From: Candidatus Bathyarchaeota archaeon | GTDB taxonomy: Archaea; Thermoproteota; Bathyarchaeia; Bathyarchaeales; Bathycorpusculaceae | Reading direction: 5' to 3' | Assembly (NCBI GenBank): GCA_029881805.1 | Contig: JAOULW010000005.1 | Coordinates: forward strand, 1 to 64,000 | DNA length: 64,000 nt | Shown: positions 8,805-18,941 of the stretch, in pieces | How positions within the stretch are numbered: the first letter of the stretch is position 1 | Layout of the letters: every line of letters starts with the position of its first letter | Notes under the pieces: model-generated | The model's database searches: none | The model's input: only the letters and a program-made list of their open reading frames with translations | What the model was told of the DNA's origin: nothing | Made by a program: the position numbers and the translations under genes

Positions 8805-10451
8805 ATGGCTTATTTAACAACAACAGCATCGGGACAACCAGTCCTAATCCTCAAAGAAGGCACAACACGAAGCAGGGGCAGAGAAGCCCAAAGGAATAAC
8901 ATCATGGCAGCCCGAATAATCGGTGAAGTATTAAGGAGCACGCTTGGACCCCGCGGAATGGACAAGATGCTCATCGACAGTCTAGGAGACATAACAATAA
9001 CAAACGACGGCGCAGCAATTTTGGACGAAATAGAGGTTGACCACCCCGCAGCCAAAATGATGGTGGAAGTTGCGAAAACACAAGACGACATGGTAGGAGA
9101 TGGAACCACAACAGCAGTGGTTTTGGCTGGCGAACTATTAAAAAAGGCTGAAGAACTTTTAGACCAGAATATCCACCCAACAATCCTTGTAAGCGGCTAC
9201 CGCAAAGCAGTTCAAAAAGCAATGGAAACAATAGACCGCACTGCAGTATCAGTCGACGTTGAAGATCGCGCAACATTGAGAAAAGTTGCGTTAACATCGA
9301 TGGCAAGCAAAGCTGTAGGTCCGGCAAAAGAGCACCTAGCGGAAATCGCAATTGACGCAGTCAGACAGATAACCGAAAAACGCGGAGACCGCATGCTCGC
9401 AGACATAGATAACATCCAAATCATAAAGAAAACAGGCAAAAGCCTCTTCGAATCAGAACTGGTCAAAGGAGTGATAATAGACAAGGAAGTCGTCCACTCA
9501 GGAATGCCCAAAAAGATGGAAAGAGCAAAAATAGCTTTGTTAGATTGCCCCCTAGAAATTGAAAAAACAGAGATCAGCGCGGAAATAAGAATCCGCGATC
9601 CAACGCAAATGCAGGCTTTTCTAGACCAAGAAACCAGAATGCTCCAAGAAATGGTCGAGAAAATCAAGGCCGCACGCGCAACCGTGGTTTTCTGCCAAAA
9701 AGGCATCGATGACATGGCACAACATTTCTTAGCAAAAGAGGGAATATTGGCCGCCAGAAGAGTGAAAGAGTCAGACATGGAGAAACTTGCAAGGGCAACA
9801 GGCGGAAGAATAACTACAGACTTAGACGACTTGGGTTCGCAAGACTTGGGCGTAGCGGGAATCGTTGAGGAACGCAAAATAGGCGACGACAAAATGATTT
9901 TTGTAGAAAAATGCAAGGATCCCCGCTCAGTCGCTGTGCTCATACGCGCTGGACTCGAAAGGATGGTTGATGAAGCAGAAAGAGCCATGACAGACGCTCT
10001 GTCAGTAGTCTCAGACGTTATGGAAAACAATAAGATAGTTGCTGGAGGCGGCGCAGTAGAAGTTGAAATAGCCAAGGAACTGCGAAGCTACGCGACAAAA
10101 GTTGGCGGAAGAGAACAGCTCGCCGTGGAAGCCTTTGCGGACGCAATTGAAATAATACCAAAAACCTTAGCAGAAAACGCCGGATTAGAAGCTATAGACA
10201 TCATCGTAAACCTACGAGCTGCACACGAAAAAACAGACGGAAAATACATGGGAATAAACGTCTTCACAGGGAAAACCGAAAACACCCATCAAAAAGGAGT
10301 AGTCGAACCATTAGTAGTCAAAGAACAAGCAGTGAAGTCAGCCGCAGAATCCGCATCAATGATACTGCGCATAGACGATGTAATAGCATCCACAAAACCA
10401 AAAGAAGAAAGAGGAAAACCCCCAGGCGGAATGCCTGAAGGCGAAGAATAG
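8805..10451 (+). CDS. ths: thermosome (group II chaperonin) subunit
   Basis: 548 aa with canonical thermosome N-terminus, ATPase motifs GDGTTT and C-terminal GGMPEGEE tail. Confidence 0.95.
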   Translation: MAYLTTTASGQPVLILKEGTTRSRGREAQRNNIMAARIIGEVLRSTLGPRGMDKMLIDSLGDITITNDGAAILDEIEVDHPAAKMMVEVAKTQDDMVGDGTTTAVVLAGELLKKAEELLDQNIHPTILVSGYRKAVQKAMETIDRTAVSVDVEDRATLRKVALTSMASKAVGPAKEHLAEIAIDAVRQITEKRGDRMLADIDNIQIIKKTGKSLFESELVKGVIIDKEVVHSGMPKKMERAKIALLDCPLEIEKTEISAEIRIRDPTQMQAFLDQETRMLQEMVEKIKAARATVVFCQKGIDDMAQHFLAKEGILAARRVKESDMEKLARATGGRITTDLDDLGSQDLGVAGIVEERKIGDDKMIFVEKCKDPRSVAVLIRAGLERMVDEAERAMTDALSVVSDVMENNKIVAGGGAVEVEIAKELRSYATKVGGREQLAVEAFADAIEIIPKTLAENAGLEAIDIIVNLRAAHEKTDGKYMGINVFTGKTENTHQKGVVEPLVVKEQAVKSAAESASMILRIDDVIASTKPKEERGKPPGGMPEGEE

Positions 10452-10535
10452 AAAGCTCACCCGTTTTTCTCACATATTACACCCTATTTTTTGCGCCCTA
10501 AAAATTTAGGCCACAAATAACATTCTAATCATGAC

Positions 10536-10558
10536 GCTCCGGTAGTATAGTCCGGTCA
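10536..10558 (+). repeat. attL-like direct repeat: 23 nt identical to the 5' end of tRNA-Glu
   Basis: GCTCCGGTAGTATAGTCCGGTCA recurs exactly at 12813-12835, the start of the intact tRNA. It is preceded by a TATA-like ctaaaaattta about 30 bp upstream. Confidence 0.65.
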
Positions 10559-10841
10559 CTCAGCACTAACGTGGTGATATCACCCGCGCAACCCCTCTTT
10601 TTTTCTATTATTGAAATTCTGGTTGGTTGAGGTAGAGTTTTATCTCCCAGTAACACTTTTTACCCAGAAACCCTTTAGTACTGAATGGGTTTCCTGGTTC
10701 AGTCCAAAAATTGCGGCTGGTGCCTGTCAGTCTGCTACAGGGTTGAATCGTTGGAAACCCTCTATTTCCTTTTGAGGAGACGTTTTGGGGCCCCAGACTT
10801 GCATGTAATTTTTTTCACTAGCGAATTTTGTTGCAAAATAG

Positions 10842-10943
10842 AAATCAAGGCGCTTTTTGGATGAAGTAAGGCAGTTGGTTGAATCTGGTTTTGAGTACGT
10901 CAGCACAATTGAAGACACTCAGGTCTATAGGAAACGTAAGTAG
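10842..10943 (+). pseudogene. tyrosine integrase C-terminal remnant
   Basis: Encodes ...DEVRQLVESGFEYVSTIEDTQVYRKRK*, homologous to the C-terminus of the integrase at 12146-12784 (...EDQELIEVGFEFVTERDGTKIYRKRK*). No upstream coding continuation. Confidence 0.5.
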
Positions 10944-10947
10944 AGGT

Positions 10948-10996
10948 CAAAAGTGCGGAGGGTCTGTTAAAAAGTGCGGGGGGTGGAACCTCCACC
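10948..10996 (+). repeat. tandem 15-nt direct repeats plus perfect palindrome next to the integrase remnant
   Basis: AAAAGTGCGGAGGGT (10949-10963) and AAAAGTGCGGGGGGT (10970-10984), followed by palindrome GGTGGAACCTCCACC (10982-10996). Confidence 0.35.
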
Positions 10997-11070
10997 CGAT
11001 ATTACTGGCAAAAATATGGTCAAAGTGTGCTCACAATGCACACATATACCATCATCAGCGTGCACGTAGC

Positions 11071-11835
11071 TTAGCTCAGTATGACGTCGACCATCAAAGC
11101 AAACATTATCCCGAGTAAGAGACCGACGGAGACGGTGTGTTTATACCCGTACTCGTGCGCTACTGGTATCAGTTCGTCTGCTGTTATGTAGGTCATTACG
11201 CCAGCCGCGAAGACGAGTGAATAGCCTATCACAGTCTTTGACCCAACAACAGAGAGAGCAACAGCCCCAAGCAAGGCTGCAATAGGCTCAGCTAGGCCAG
11301 AGAGCAAAGTGACGATCGCTATCTTCAAGGGTTTTGTCCCTGCTTTTCTGAAAGGAATGGCAGTGGCAACGCCTTCAGGTATGTTGTGAAGCATAATGGC
11401 AATGGCGATTACGAGACCAAGGCGTGGCATGTAGGCGTAACCTGCGGCAACGACAAATCCTTCAGGTATATTGTGCAGTGTTACACCTATGGCTATAAGT
11501 ATCCCGGTCCTGCGCATTTCTGTTTTCTTGCTGTCCAGCTTCCCAGTTGCCAGTTCAATGTGAGGTATACTCAAGTCCAAAATGATCATCACAACAGCGC
11601 CTAGTGAGAACACAACTATCAATTCAATATGTGCAAGGAGTTTTTCAGCTTCGAGGAAGAGGTTGTTGAATGCGACCATGAGCATTACGCCGGATGCGAA
11701 TCCCATGGAGAAACTCACGACTCTGTCGCCGACTCTTCTTAGCATGAGGACAATTATCCCGCCGAGCCCTGTGGCCATTCCTGCAATAAGGCTTAGAAGA
11801 AACGGTTCAAACATCGAGTCCATACCGCAGACCAC
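11071..11835 (-). CDS. zupT: ZIP-family divalent metal (zinc) transporter ZupT-like
   Basis: 254-aa polytopic membrane protein with two HNIPEG motifs characteristic of ZIP/ZupT transporters. Lies inside the integrated element. Confidence 0.8.
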   Translation of the reverse strand: MVCGMDSMFEPFLLSLIAGMATGLGGIIVLMLRRVGDRVVSFSMGFASGVMLMVAFNNLFLEAEKLLAHIELIVVFSLGAVVMIILDLSIPHIELATGKLDSKKTEMRRTGILIAIGVTLHNIPEGFVVAAGYAYMPRLGLVIAIAIMLHNIPEGVATAIPFRKAGTKPLKIAIVTLLSGLAEPIAALLGAVALSVVGSKTVIGYSLVFAAGVMTYITADELIPVAHEYGYKHTVSVGLLLGIMFALMVDVILS

Positions 11836-12016
11836 TACCTAGGAAGGCTTAATGTTGATAATACACCCACGAAATTTAAGCATAGCCAAAGCCAAACCAG
11901 CAGCACACGCTATACTTGCTTTCCCGAGTTTTCCAATTGCGTCTATCTGGGTTATTGGAGTTGTAGTCATACTTGTAGTTTTAGCCTGCAAGCATCGTAC
12001 GAAAAGGTACTGAGCC

Positions 12017-12784
12017 ATGAGTAAAGTGAAAAGTGGAAAAAAGCAACTCGCACGCTACATATTTAGCGCTGGTCTTGGCTGTTGTTGCCCAGTGAAGGGG
12101 CACAACGCTGGGCGCGCTTAGTATTCCGGAGGCATACCGCCATAACCGCCGCCTGGTCCACCAGGAGGCATCGGCGGAGCCTTCATCCCAACAGAAACGG
12201 AGATCGACCAACTAATATCAGTATGCGGTAAGAAGACAGCAACATTTCTCCAAATACTTAAAGAGAGTGGCGCTAGAAGAGGCGAGATCGGAAGACTGCA
12301 GTGGACTGACGTGGACACCAACTCAGGTACGATCAGAATAAACAGCCCGTTGAAAGGCAGTTCAGCCAGAATAGTGAGAATCTCTGGAAAAGCGATGGCA
12401 ATGATAAACGCCATGCCAAGAACAAGCGACTACGTATTCAACCCTAACACTTCAACGATGGCTAAAGGCTTTATGAAACAGAGAAACAGGCTCGCGAAGA
12501 AGCTTCAGAATCCGAGGCTTAAGCAGATACACTTTCACACTTTGCGCCATTGGAAGGCAACCATGGAATACCACAAGACGAAGGACATCCTTCACGTAGT
12601 GCAAGTCCTCGGCCACAAGAACATCAACAACACCCTAATGTACACTCAGCTCATCAACTTCGAGAACGACGATTACCACTGCAAAACAGCCAAAACACTC
12701 AAAGAAGACCAAGAACTCATAGAAGTAGGCTTTGAATTCGTCACGGAACGAGACGGAACAAAAATATACCGCAAACGCAAATAG
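12017..12784 (+). pseudogene. tyrosine recombinase/integrase with in-frame TAG and TAA
   Basis: Frame from ATG 12017 contains TAG (12116-12118) and TAA (12143-12145). Catalytic domain is intact from about 12146 (TETEIDQLISVCGKKTATFLQILKESGARRGEIGRLQWTDVD ... HTLRHWKAT ... LGHKNINNTLMYTQL, the R..H..Y pattern). Ends 28 bp before tRNA-Glu. Confidence 0.65.
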
Positions 12785-12793
12785 CCTACGTCA

Positions 12794-12812
12794 CCCGGTA
12801 GTATAGTCCAGT
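12794..12812 (+). repeat. degenerate third copy of the tRNA-Glu 5' segment
   Basis: CCCGGTAGTATAGTCCAGT has 15 contiguous matches to the tRNA 5' end and sits directly upstream of the intact tRNA. Consistent with tandem integration events. Confidence 0.45.
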
Positions 12813-12908
12813 GCTCCGGTAGTATAGTCCGGTCAAGTATAGCGGCCTCTCGACACCATAAAGAGTGAAAGAAAGCCGCGGACCCGGGTTCAAATCCCGG
12901 CCGGAGCA
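12813..12908 (+). tRNA. tRNA-Glu (anticodon probably CUC) with an intron of about 21 nt; no encoded CCA
   Basis: Acceptor GCUCCGG/CCGGAGC plus A. T-arm CCGGG-TTCAAAT-CCCGG. Anticodon stem GCGGC/GCCGC around loop CUCUCGA. About 21 extra nt (CACCAUAAAGAGUGAAAGAAA) in the anticodon loop region. Confidence 0.8.
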
Positions 12909-13052
12909 CTTCAATCTAAGGCTCAGATTTATTCTGGCAAAGAAGACAATTCAAGCGTTTTTTGTCCGTAGTGAGAATGTGAGTTTGTAGTTGTGTGTTT
13001 ATTAATTTGTAAATAACAAGACTTATTAAGTATTGCGATAACAGACACAATA

Positions 13053-13385
13053 GTGGTGTGCGCAATGGGAGGACCTTCTGAACGCGAATACAGTGAGAAA
13101 TTGCTCGAGATAAAACAGAAACTGAACAAAAAAGCTGGAGACATAAGGAACCAATTTGAAAAAATCGAAAAGACTAAGGTGGATTTGCTGAAGAAAACCA
13201 AAGAGATGAAACATGACGCTGAACATGAAATACACAAGATGGAAGAAGGTATAGCAAAATCGAAAGACTTGGCACCTGAATCTAAGAGAAGACTTCACTT
13301 AGAAATTGGCGTTCTAACGAGTGAAATTCGAGAACGGTATTCTGTGATAGAAACACGAATCGCTGAAGCCATTATACCCGCATGA
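13053..13385 (+). CDS. hypothetical coiled-coil protein
   Basis: 110-aa charged, heptad-rich ORF with no recognised domain. Confidence 0.35.
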   Translation: MVCAMGGPSEREYSEKLLEIKQKLNKKAGDIRNQFEKIEKTKVDLLKKTKEMKHDAEHEIHKMEEGIAKSKDLAPESKRRLHLEIGVLTSEIRERYSVIETRIAEAIIPA

Positions 13386-13445
13386 TTTGACTCAGAGAGC
13401 AAGCAACTTCAGCAAAAGCAATCAGCCCAAAGGTTAGAATCTTGA

Positions 13446-13868
13446 ATGAAAAGAACTCTTCGTAAGCAGAAATCTGCATATGCGCTTAGTTTAATATTTT
13501 GTCTAATAGGAATAGTCTCTCTTATACTCACTATATGGAAAACATATCCTCAGCTCTCTTCAAGCGGGGACCCTTTTTCTACTTTCTTGTCGCTTCTCTG
13601 GACAGAAAAACTGGCTAACATCTCAGGATTTGAATTCAAACTCATATACCTTGTCATTTTGGGAGACGTGATGCTAGTTTCAGGAGTGATATTATGGATT
13701 CTGAGCAGACAGTGGTTAGTTCTCCCTGGAGAAACTGCGTGGTTTCAATGCCCCTTCTGCAAGAAGAAATGGAGATCCATTGGAGACAAAGCACTCGTTC
13801 ATTGTCCACATTGTCGTCAACTAGTTCATCCGAAAATGACTGAAAATAAACGCGCGGTTTCTACCTAA
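13446..13868 (+). CDS. hypothetical membrane protein with C-terminal zinc ribbon
   Basis: Two predicted TM helices, then CPFCKKKW...CPHCRQ (CxxC-x15-CxxC). Confidence 0.45.
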   Translation: MKRTLRKQKSAYALSLIFCLIGIVSLILTIWKTYPQLSSSGDPFSTFLSLLWTEKLANISGFEFKLIYLVILGDVMLVSGVILWILSRQWLVLPGETAWFQCPFCKKKWRSIGDKALVHCPHCRQLVHPKMTENKRAVST

Positions 13869-13929
13869 CCGAGAAGCTCATGGATTTTTCCCCAGATTTC
13901 TTGCTTCTCATGCACAAGTTCTCAAAATC

Positions 13930-14184
13930 CTATTGATCGTTGCCTTCAAACCGTCTAAATGTTTTCAGAACTCCTCTGAATTCTTCCAAGGAAATATTCC
14001 TCTCTTTGTCGATCTTGAGTAGTTCATGTATAGCGAACGCGAGTTCCTCGACAACTCGATCTTTGACATTGTATCCCGTGGTTTTTGCGTACGTGGCTAT
14101 AAGGTCAGCGGCTTTTTTGCTGATACGTACTTCTAACGTAACTAAGTTTTGTTCTAGCGTATTCTTATCAGCCATTTCTATCAC
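13930..14184 (-). CDS. small hypothetical protein downstream of the flotillin gene
   Basis: 84-aa ORF, same strand, 25 nt after the flotillin stop. Probably co-transcribed. Confidence 0.35.
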   Translation of the reverse strand: MIEMADKNTLEQNLVTLEVRISKKAADLIATYAKTTGYNVKDRVVEELAFAIHELLKIDKERNISLEEFRGVLKTFRRFEGNDQ

Positions 14185-14208
14185 CTCCAGAATTTGTCTA
14201 AGAAAAGG

Positions 14209-15534
14209 TTACTGATTAGTCTCTGGCTTGTTCTTCTTTGATGTTGGCAACACATCCTTTGCGACTTCACCAATTGCCTGAATCAGACCTTTGATGTCAA
14301 AGCCTGCCTTTTCCATCGCAGTGATCATCGCACCCACGTCAGCACCTAGATCAGCGCCAACAGGGATTCCAAGTATGTCTTTTTCTCCGCTTGTTATTAG
14401 GTTGACATTGGCTTTCTGCAGTGCTTCACCAAGATTCTTGTACTTGCCCAGTTGTACATCTCTGATTGCAGTTATTAGTTCTAAAAGAATACCGGCTTCA
14501 TTGAACTTCTTCAAAGCAATAGCCAACGCATCTTTACCTGTGGCTTCAGAAAGCAGTTTCTTCTTCGTGACTTCGGCCTCAGCTGTACCCTTGAGATCTA
14601 TGACGTCTGCATCGGCCTTACCTTTTACTCTTGTAGATTCGGCCTCACCCTCGGATCTCTTTATGGAAGCCTCTTTGTGGACTTCGGCTTCACCTACTGT
14701 TTTTGTTCTTGTCGCTTCAACCGCTTGTCTATTTGCCTTTTGTTCTTGTTCTGATATTCTCATGTGCTTCATTTGTTCTTTCTTTCCAATTGCTTCTTCC
14801 TTTTCAATTTGCCTTGTCCTGTATGCTTCTTCGTTCTGCGCCTTGACCAATTCAGTTTCCTTTTCGGCAGTCGATTCAGCAATTGCGGCTTCTTTTTCCT
14901 TTTCAGCAATCTTCTTCCTTGTTTCGGACTCGATTTCCTTGGCACGTCGTTTCTCAAGGTTTTCAATAACCTTGTATCCCTCTGCATCGTGAAAATCAAT
15001 GATTTCTAAGTCAACCAGTTCTAGACCCCAACCCTTCAGTTGCTGATCAATTTCTCTTTCGACAGTTTCACCGAACATCTGTCGTTCACCCATTAAGGTA
15101 ACAATTTCGTACTTCATCGTTGTAGTTCTGCTTACAGCTTCGATGAGGGCTTTAACATCTGCCTCAACCTGTCTGAAACCCTCGATAGTTTGTTCTGCCT
15201 CTACTTTCCCTAGCCTTTCAGCTGCAAGTATTGGATCCTGAACGTTAACCCAGCACACGACATCGCATGAGAACTTTGCTAAGTCTTTGTCTCGAAAGGC
15301 AATGTTGTCGATTTTTAACTGTATGTTCTCCAGCGGAAGAACGCTTCGTTGTTGAATTAGCGGAATGTGGAAATAGGAGCTTTTCAGGCCTTCTCTTGAA
15401 CAGTAGACGTTTCTTCCCTTGCCTCTAGTCACTACTACATGCGCTTGGTGAGGTTGAACGACCGTGTAAGTTAATTTGACGAATACCAAGACTGCGGCGA
15501 ACGTCGCAGACAGCACCACCAATATTTCTAACAT
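14209..15534 (-). CDS. SPFH/band 7 domain protein, flotillin-like
   Basis: N-terminal TM helix, SPFH domain, and a long EA-rich coiled coil typical of flotillins. Confidence 0.85.
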   Translation of the reverse strand: MLEILVVLSATFAAVLVFVKLTYTVVQPHQAHVVVTRGKGRNVYCSREGLKSSYFHIPLIQQRSVLPLENIQLKIDNIAFRDKDLAKFSCDVVCWVNVQDPILAAERLGKVEAEQTIEGFRQVEADVKALIEAVSRTTTMKYEIVTLMGERQMFGETVEREIDQQLKGWGLELVDLEIIDFHDAEGYKVIENLEKRRAKEIESETRKKIAEKEKEAAIAESTAEKETELVKAQNEEAYRTRQIEKEEAIGKKEQMKHMRISEQEQKANRQAVEATRTKTVGEAEVHKEASIKRSEGEAESTRVKGKADADVIDLKGTAEAEVTKKKLLSEATGKDALAIALKKFNEAGILLELITAIRDVQLGKYKNLGEALQKANVNLITSGEKDILGIPVGADLGADVGAMITAMEKAGFDIKGLIQAIGEVAKDVLPTSKKNKPETNQ

Positions 15535-15682
15535 TTCCCCACCTCCATTTTAGCCAGATCTACTCGACCTTCCCCTTAATGAGAAACTGCATCAAAAATA
15601 TCTAAGAATTGTCTCAAATTTTCGAGAAAAAGCATCGAAATATTAAAGAACGTGAGAAAAAATCTCATATGTAGTGACCAAA

Positions 15683-16162
15683 ATGGATGAAAAGGATGAT
15701 GCTATAATCAGGGTGCTTGAGAGACGATCAAAAATATCAAGTAGGTCCCTTTCAAAGATCGTGGGTTTACCAATTTCTACTGTGCATAGAAGAGTCCAAA
15801 GACTAAAGAGAGAAGGTGTAATCATAGGATATAAAGCGCTAATAAACTATGAAAAGACAAACAAGCCAATAAGCGCCTTGTTACTGATAAATTTGGCGGA
15901 AGTAATTCCAGGAAGAGGACACATTCCTAGAAAAGACGTTCTACGCAGTTTGAAGAAGTTTGAGGAGATCGAAGAGGTAATCGAGGTACAAGCATCCAAT
16001 TTCGATTTAGTTATCAAGGCAAGGCTGCGAAGTCTCAGAAGACTGTCAGCAATCATCGAAGAGTTGAGATCCATTGAAGGAATAGAAGAAATATCTTCAG
16101 CCATAGTAACAGAAGAGATAGTTTTGCCTCCACCAGCTTCGTTCAAGAAAACTACTCGGTAA
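15683..16162 (+). CDS. Lrp/AsnC family transcriptional regulator
   Basis: N-terminal HTH (DAIIRVLERRSKISSRSLSKIVGLPISTVHRRVQRL) and C-terminal RAM-like domain. ATG 15683 chosen over the upstream GTG. Confidence 0.8.
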   Translation: MDEKDDAIIRVLERRSKISSRSLSKIVGLPISTVHRRVQRLKREGVIIGYKALINYEKTNKPISALLLINLAEVIPGRGHIPRKDVLRSLKKFEEIEEVIEVQASNFDLVIKARLRSLRRLSAIIEELRSIEGIEEISSAIVTEEIVLPPPASFKKTTR

Positions 16163-16244
16163 ACTTCGGCAGCAATAGGCAAAAACTGCAAATTAGGAAA
16201 ACTTTAATTCAATACCATTTATATCGATATGGCTGGGACACGCA

Positions 16245-17279
16245 TTGGCTAGATTGGCTGAGTTGAAACTCGCAATGGGCACATCCATTTTTCTAGCGAC
16301 TTTCATATTTGCCATATTTTTGACTGCAATCATGCTAATTATTGGACTTTCTTGGATTTACGCTTTGATCGGCACGATCCTGTTCATATTGCTGCAGTAT
16401 CTCATCGGACCAGCAATTGTCAGAAGTTCAACCCGTCTTAGATACCTAGATTCCGGAGAAAATCCATGGCTTGAATCCACAGTCAAGGAATTGGCAGACA
16501 AGACTGGAATACCAATGCCAAAGTTAGCCACAGTGCCAGATAGTACACCCAACGCTTTCGTTTTTGGCAGAACTGCAGGTGACGCAACCTTAGCAGTGCA
16601 CGAAGGTCTCTTGACTAATCTCAACAAGGACGAAGTTAAAGGCGTGATCGGTCATGAGTTGGGGCACATAAGGCACAAAGATTATGTTGTGATGACGGTG
16701 CTCTCAGCACTGCCACTTCTTGCCTATTTGATTGCAAGAGGAACATGGCAAGCAACTAGATGGTCTGGCTCGTCAAGGAAAAAAGAGGAAGGAAGCATAA
16801 GAGCAGCGTTCATCGCCATAGGGGTAATCTCGTATGTAGTCTACGTCATTTCATTACTTTGCGTGATGAGGCTAAGCAGACTGCGCGAGCATTACGCAGA
16901 TGCATACGCAGCATATGTAACAGGCTCGCCACGGGGCTTGCAAAGCGCACTAGCGAAAATTACTTATGGATTATCGCTCTCGCCCAAACCGCCATCTGGG
17001 GCTAGAGCCTTCTATATAGGTGATCCGGCAATGGCTAAGCAAGAAATCCAGCAGATAATGGATAAGAAGCAGGATTACGATTTAGACAAGGACGGGGTGC
17101 TTGACCAAAGAGAACTTGAATTAGCCATGGAAAAAGAAGCAAAATCAGCATGGTCAAAAATAAACACTTGGTTTTCTACACATCCACCAACTTTTAGGCG
17201 AATATTGCTACTGCATGAAATAGAAACTGAAATGGAAAGCGGAAGATACACAAGTGATCGCGTATACGCCCATGTCTAG
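16245..17279 (+). CDS. htpX: M48 family zinc metalloprotease, HtpX-like
   Basis: TM segments, HELGH zinc motif, and a C-terminal acidic DLDKDGVLDQRE motif. Confidence 0.85.
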   Translation: MARLAELKLAMGTSIFLATFIFAIFLTAIMLIIGLSWIYALIGTILFILLQYLIGPAIVRSSTRLRYLDSGENPWLESTVKELADKTGIPMPKLATVPDSTPNAFVFGRTAGDATLAVHEGLLTNLNKDEVKGVIGHELGHIRHKDYVVMTVLSALPLLAYLIARGTWQATRWSGSSRKKEEGSIRAAFIAIGVISYVVYVISLLCVMRLSRLREHYADAYAAYVTGSPRGLQSALAKITYGLSLSPKPPSGARAFYIGDPAMAKQEIQQIMDKKQDYDLDKDGVLDQRELELAMEKEAKSAWSKINTWFSTHPPTFRRILLLHEIETEMESGRYTSDRVYAHV

Positions 17280-17364
17280 GATTTGCCTAAGAATCTTTCA
17301 GAAGATTGTTTTGCATAAAGCAAATCTATTACTTCGATGCTGAACTGAAGAAGGAGGATGAAAA

Positions 17365-18063
17365 ATGAAAGTGAAGCTTCTTCGACACACGACAGACCCT
17401 GAACTTCTGTGCGGAGCTGCAGCTCTAACCTCGACGAAAATTGGACGTCCATCAGAAATTTTGGAGAACATTGACTCGGAAACCGCGAAAAGAATAATCA
17501 AGCGAGTCACTGGCTATGAGCACGTTTCAGTGATTGAACATGCATCTTTCACTTTCAGCATTGAGGGGGTTTCTAGGACAATGACGCATCAGCTAGTTAG
17601 ACACCGCGTTGCGTCCTATACGCAACAAAGCCAACGCTACGTCACTTACGATACACCAGAAAAATATGTAACACCGCCAAGCATCACAAAAAATACGCGA
17701 GTAAAGGAAATTTTTGACGACGCCTTAGAGAAAATCTCCGAAACATATCAGAAGCTTCTAAAAGCGGGCATTCCGAAAGAAGACGCGCGGTTTATTCTTC
17801 CAAACGCAGCCAAAACAAACATAATCGTTACGATGAATGCCCGTGAACTGCAACACTTTTGCAATCTTCGATGTTGCGCGCGTGCACAATGGGAAATAAG
17901 GGAAGTAGCCACTGAAATGCTCAAACAAGCAAAGAAGGCTGCACCAGCGCTTTTCGAAAATGCAGGACCAGCATGTATACTGCGAGGTTATTGTGCAGAA
18001 GGAAAAATGAAGCCGCCAGAATGTAACATCGAAGAACTAAGGAAACGATTCAGAAACCTGTAA
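17365..18063 (+). CDS. thyX: flavin-dependent thymidylate synthase ThyX
   Basis: ThyX signature RHRVASYTQQSQRY (RHRx7S). GGAGG RBS 8 nt upstream of ATG. Confidence 0.9.
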   Translation: MKVKLLRHTTDPELLCGAAALTSTKIGRPSEILENIDSETAKRIIKRVTGYEHVSVIEHASFTFSIEGVSRTMTHQLVRHRVASYTQQSQRYVTYDTPEKYVTPPSITKNTRVKEIFDDALEKISETYQKLLKAGIPKEDARFILPNAAKTNIIVTMNARELQHFCNLRCCARAQWEIREVATEMLKQAKKAAPALFENAGPACILRGYCAEGKMKPPECNIEELRKRFRNL

Positions 18064-18098
18064 GACGTTATAGCATTTTAGATTTTGATGCGATTTAA

Positions 18099-18941
18099 AT
18101 GTCCAAATATAAAGCGTTGGCGGTTGTCACAAAATATTGGAGACCTAATAGAAATTTCTGGGAAGAGATTATCAAGGGTGTTAACGGAAAAATAGCTGAC
18201 GGAGATTTTGTGGTTGTGTCGGAAAAGGCCATTTTAACCGCTCGAAACAATTTTGTGGATGAGAACATTGTTAGACCAGGCTTGAATGCAAGACTAATCG
18301 CCACGTTTTGGATGCACATAGCTTGGGGCTACTTTTTAGGCCCATTGTGTCATTTTCGAGAAAAACTCCTTCAACGACTTCGTGAATATCCATCGGGAAT
18401 GGGCAGTCGTCATAAACAAGTTGCTCTAGAGCGCGCTGGTTTGTTGCAGGCTTTGATGTTTGGCTCTGAGGGCGGCATTGATGGAAGTAATCTGCCATAT
18501 TCCTACGTGAGTTTGCCAATGAATAATGCCGATGAAGTGGCCCAGAAAATATGTACACTAATTTGGAATAAGCTGCGAAAGAAAGTTTGCGTTGTTATTG
18601 TGGACACTGACAAAACCTATTCATTTATGAATTTTCATTTCACTCCTCGTCCAAAACCCGTTAAAGGCATTCATTCTTTTGGTGGTTTTGTCATTTACGT
18701 TGCTGGACGCTGTCTGAGACTCAAGAGAAGAGCTACTCCAATAGCTGCGGCTGGATGCAAAATGACGGTGGAAGCAGCTTTGGAAATTGCTGAAGTTGCA
18801 AATCACGTGAGAGGCTATGGCGCGGGAAGAACTGTGTGGGATATGGCTGAGAAGTTTGAAACAGAATTGGCTGGGGTTAGCTGGGAAATGCTTGAGACAG
18901 TAAAACATAAACCCATAGTCATTGTTAGAAGCAAAAGGTGA
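18099..18941 (+). CDS. F420-0:gamma-glutamyl ligase (CofE)-family protein
   Basis: Motifs GDFVVVSEKAI, GGIDGSNLP and VVIVDTDKTY resemble CofE/F420_ligase family motifs. The match is divergent. Confidence 0.5.
   Translation: MSKYKALAVVTKYWRPNRNFWEEIIKGVNGKIADGDFVVVSEKAILTARNNFVDENIVRPGLNARLIATFWMHIAWGYFLGPLCHFREKLLQRLREYPSGMGSRHKQVALERAGLLQALMFGSEGGIDGSNLPYSYVSLPMNNADEVAQKICTLIWNKLRKKVCVVIVDTDKTYSFMNFHFTPRPKPVKGIHSFGGFVIYVAGRCLRLKRRATPIAAAGCKMTVEAALEIAEVANHVRGYGAGRTVWDMAEKFETELAGVSWEMLETVKHKPIVIVRSKR

Larger units (their letters stand above)
10536..12835 (+). mobile_element. degenerate integrated element (about 2.3 kb) inserted in tRNA-Glu
   Basis: Bounded by exact 23-bp direct repeats of the tRNA 5' end. 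Contains a tyrosine-recombinase pseudogene next to the tRNA, a second integrase C-terminal remnant, arm-like repeats, and a ZIP transporter cargo gene. Confidence 0.6.

Noticed and set aside
8810-10285. Long ORFs antisense to the thermosome gene (8810-9109, 8971-9351, 9212-10075, 10088-10285), and similar antisense ORFs at 8000-8260 and 12118-12414 (which has an odd PPGGPGGGYGGMPPEY tail)
   Set aside because: Low-complexity Ser/Ala/Leu-rich translations fully overlapping confidently assigned genes on the opposite strand. Antisense artefacts.
3511-12145. Stop-codon reassignment (TAA/TAG as sense) to explain in-frame stops
   Set aside because: TAA and TAG terminate many intact genes here (thermosome, kynureninase, purE, purC) right where homologs end. 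Local lesions are the simpler explanation.
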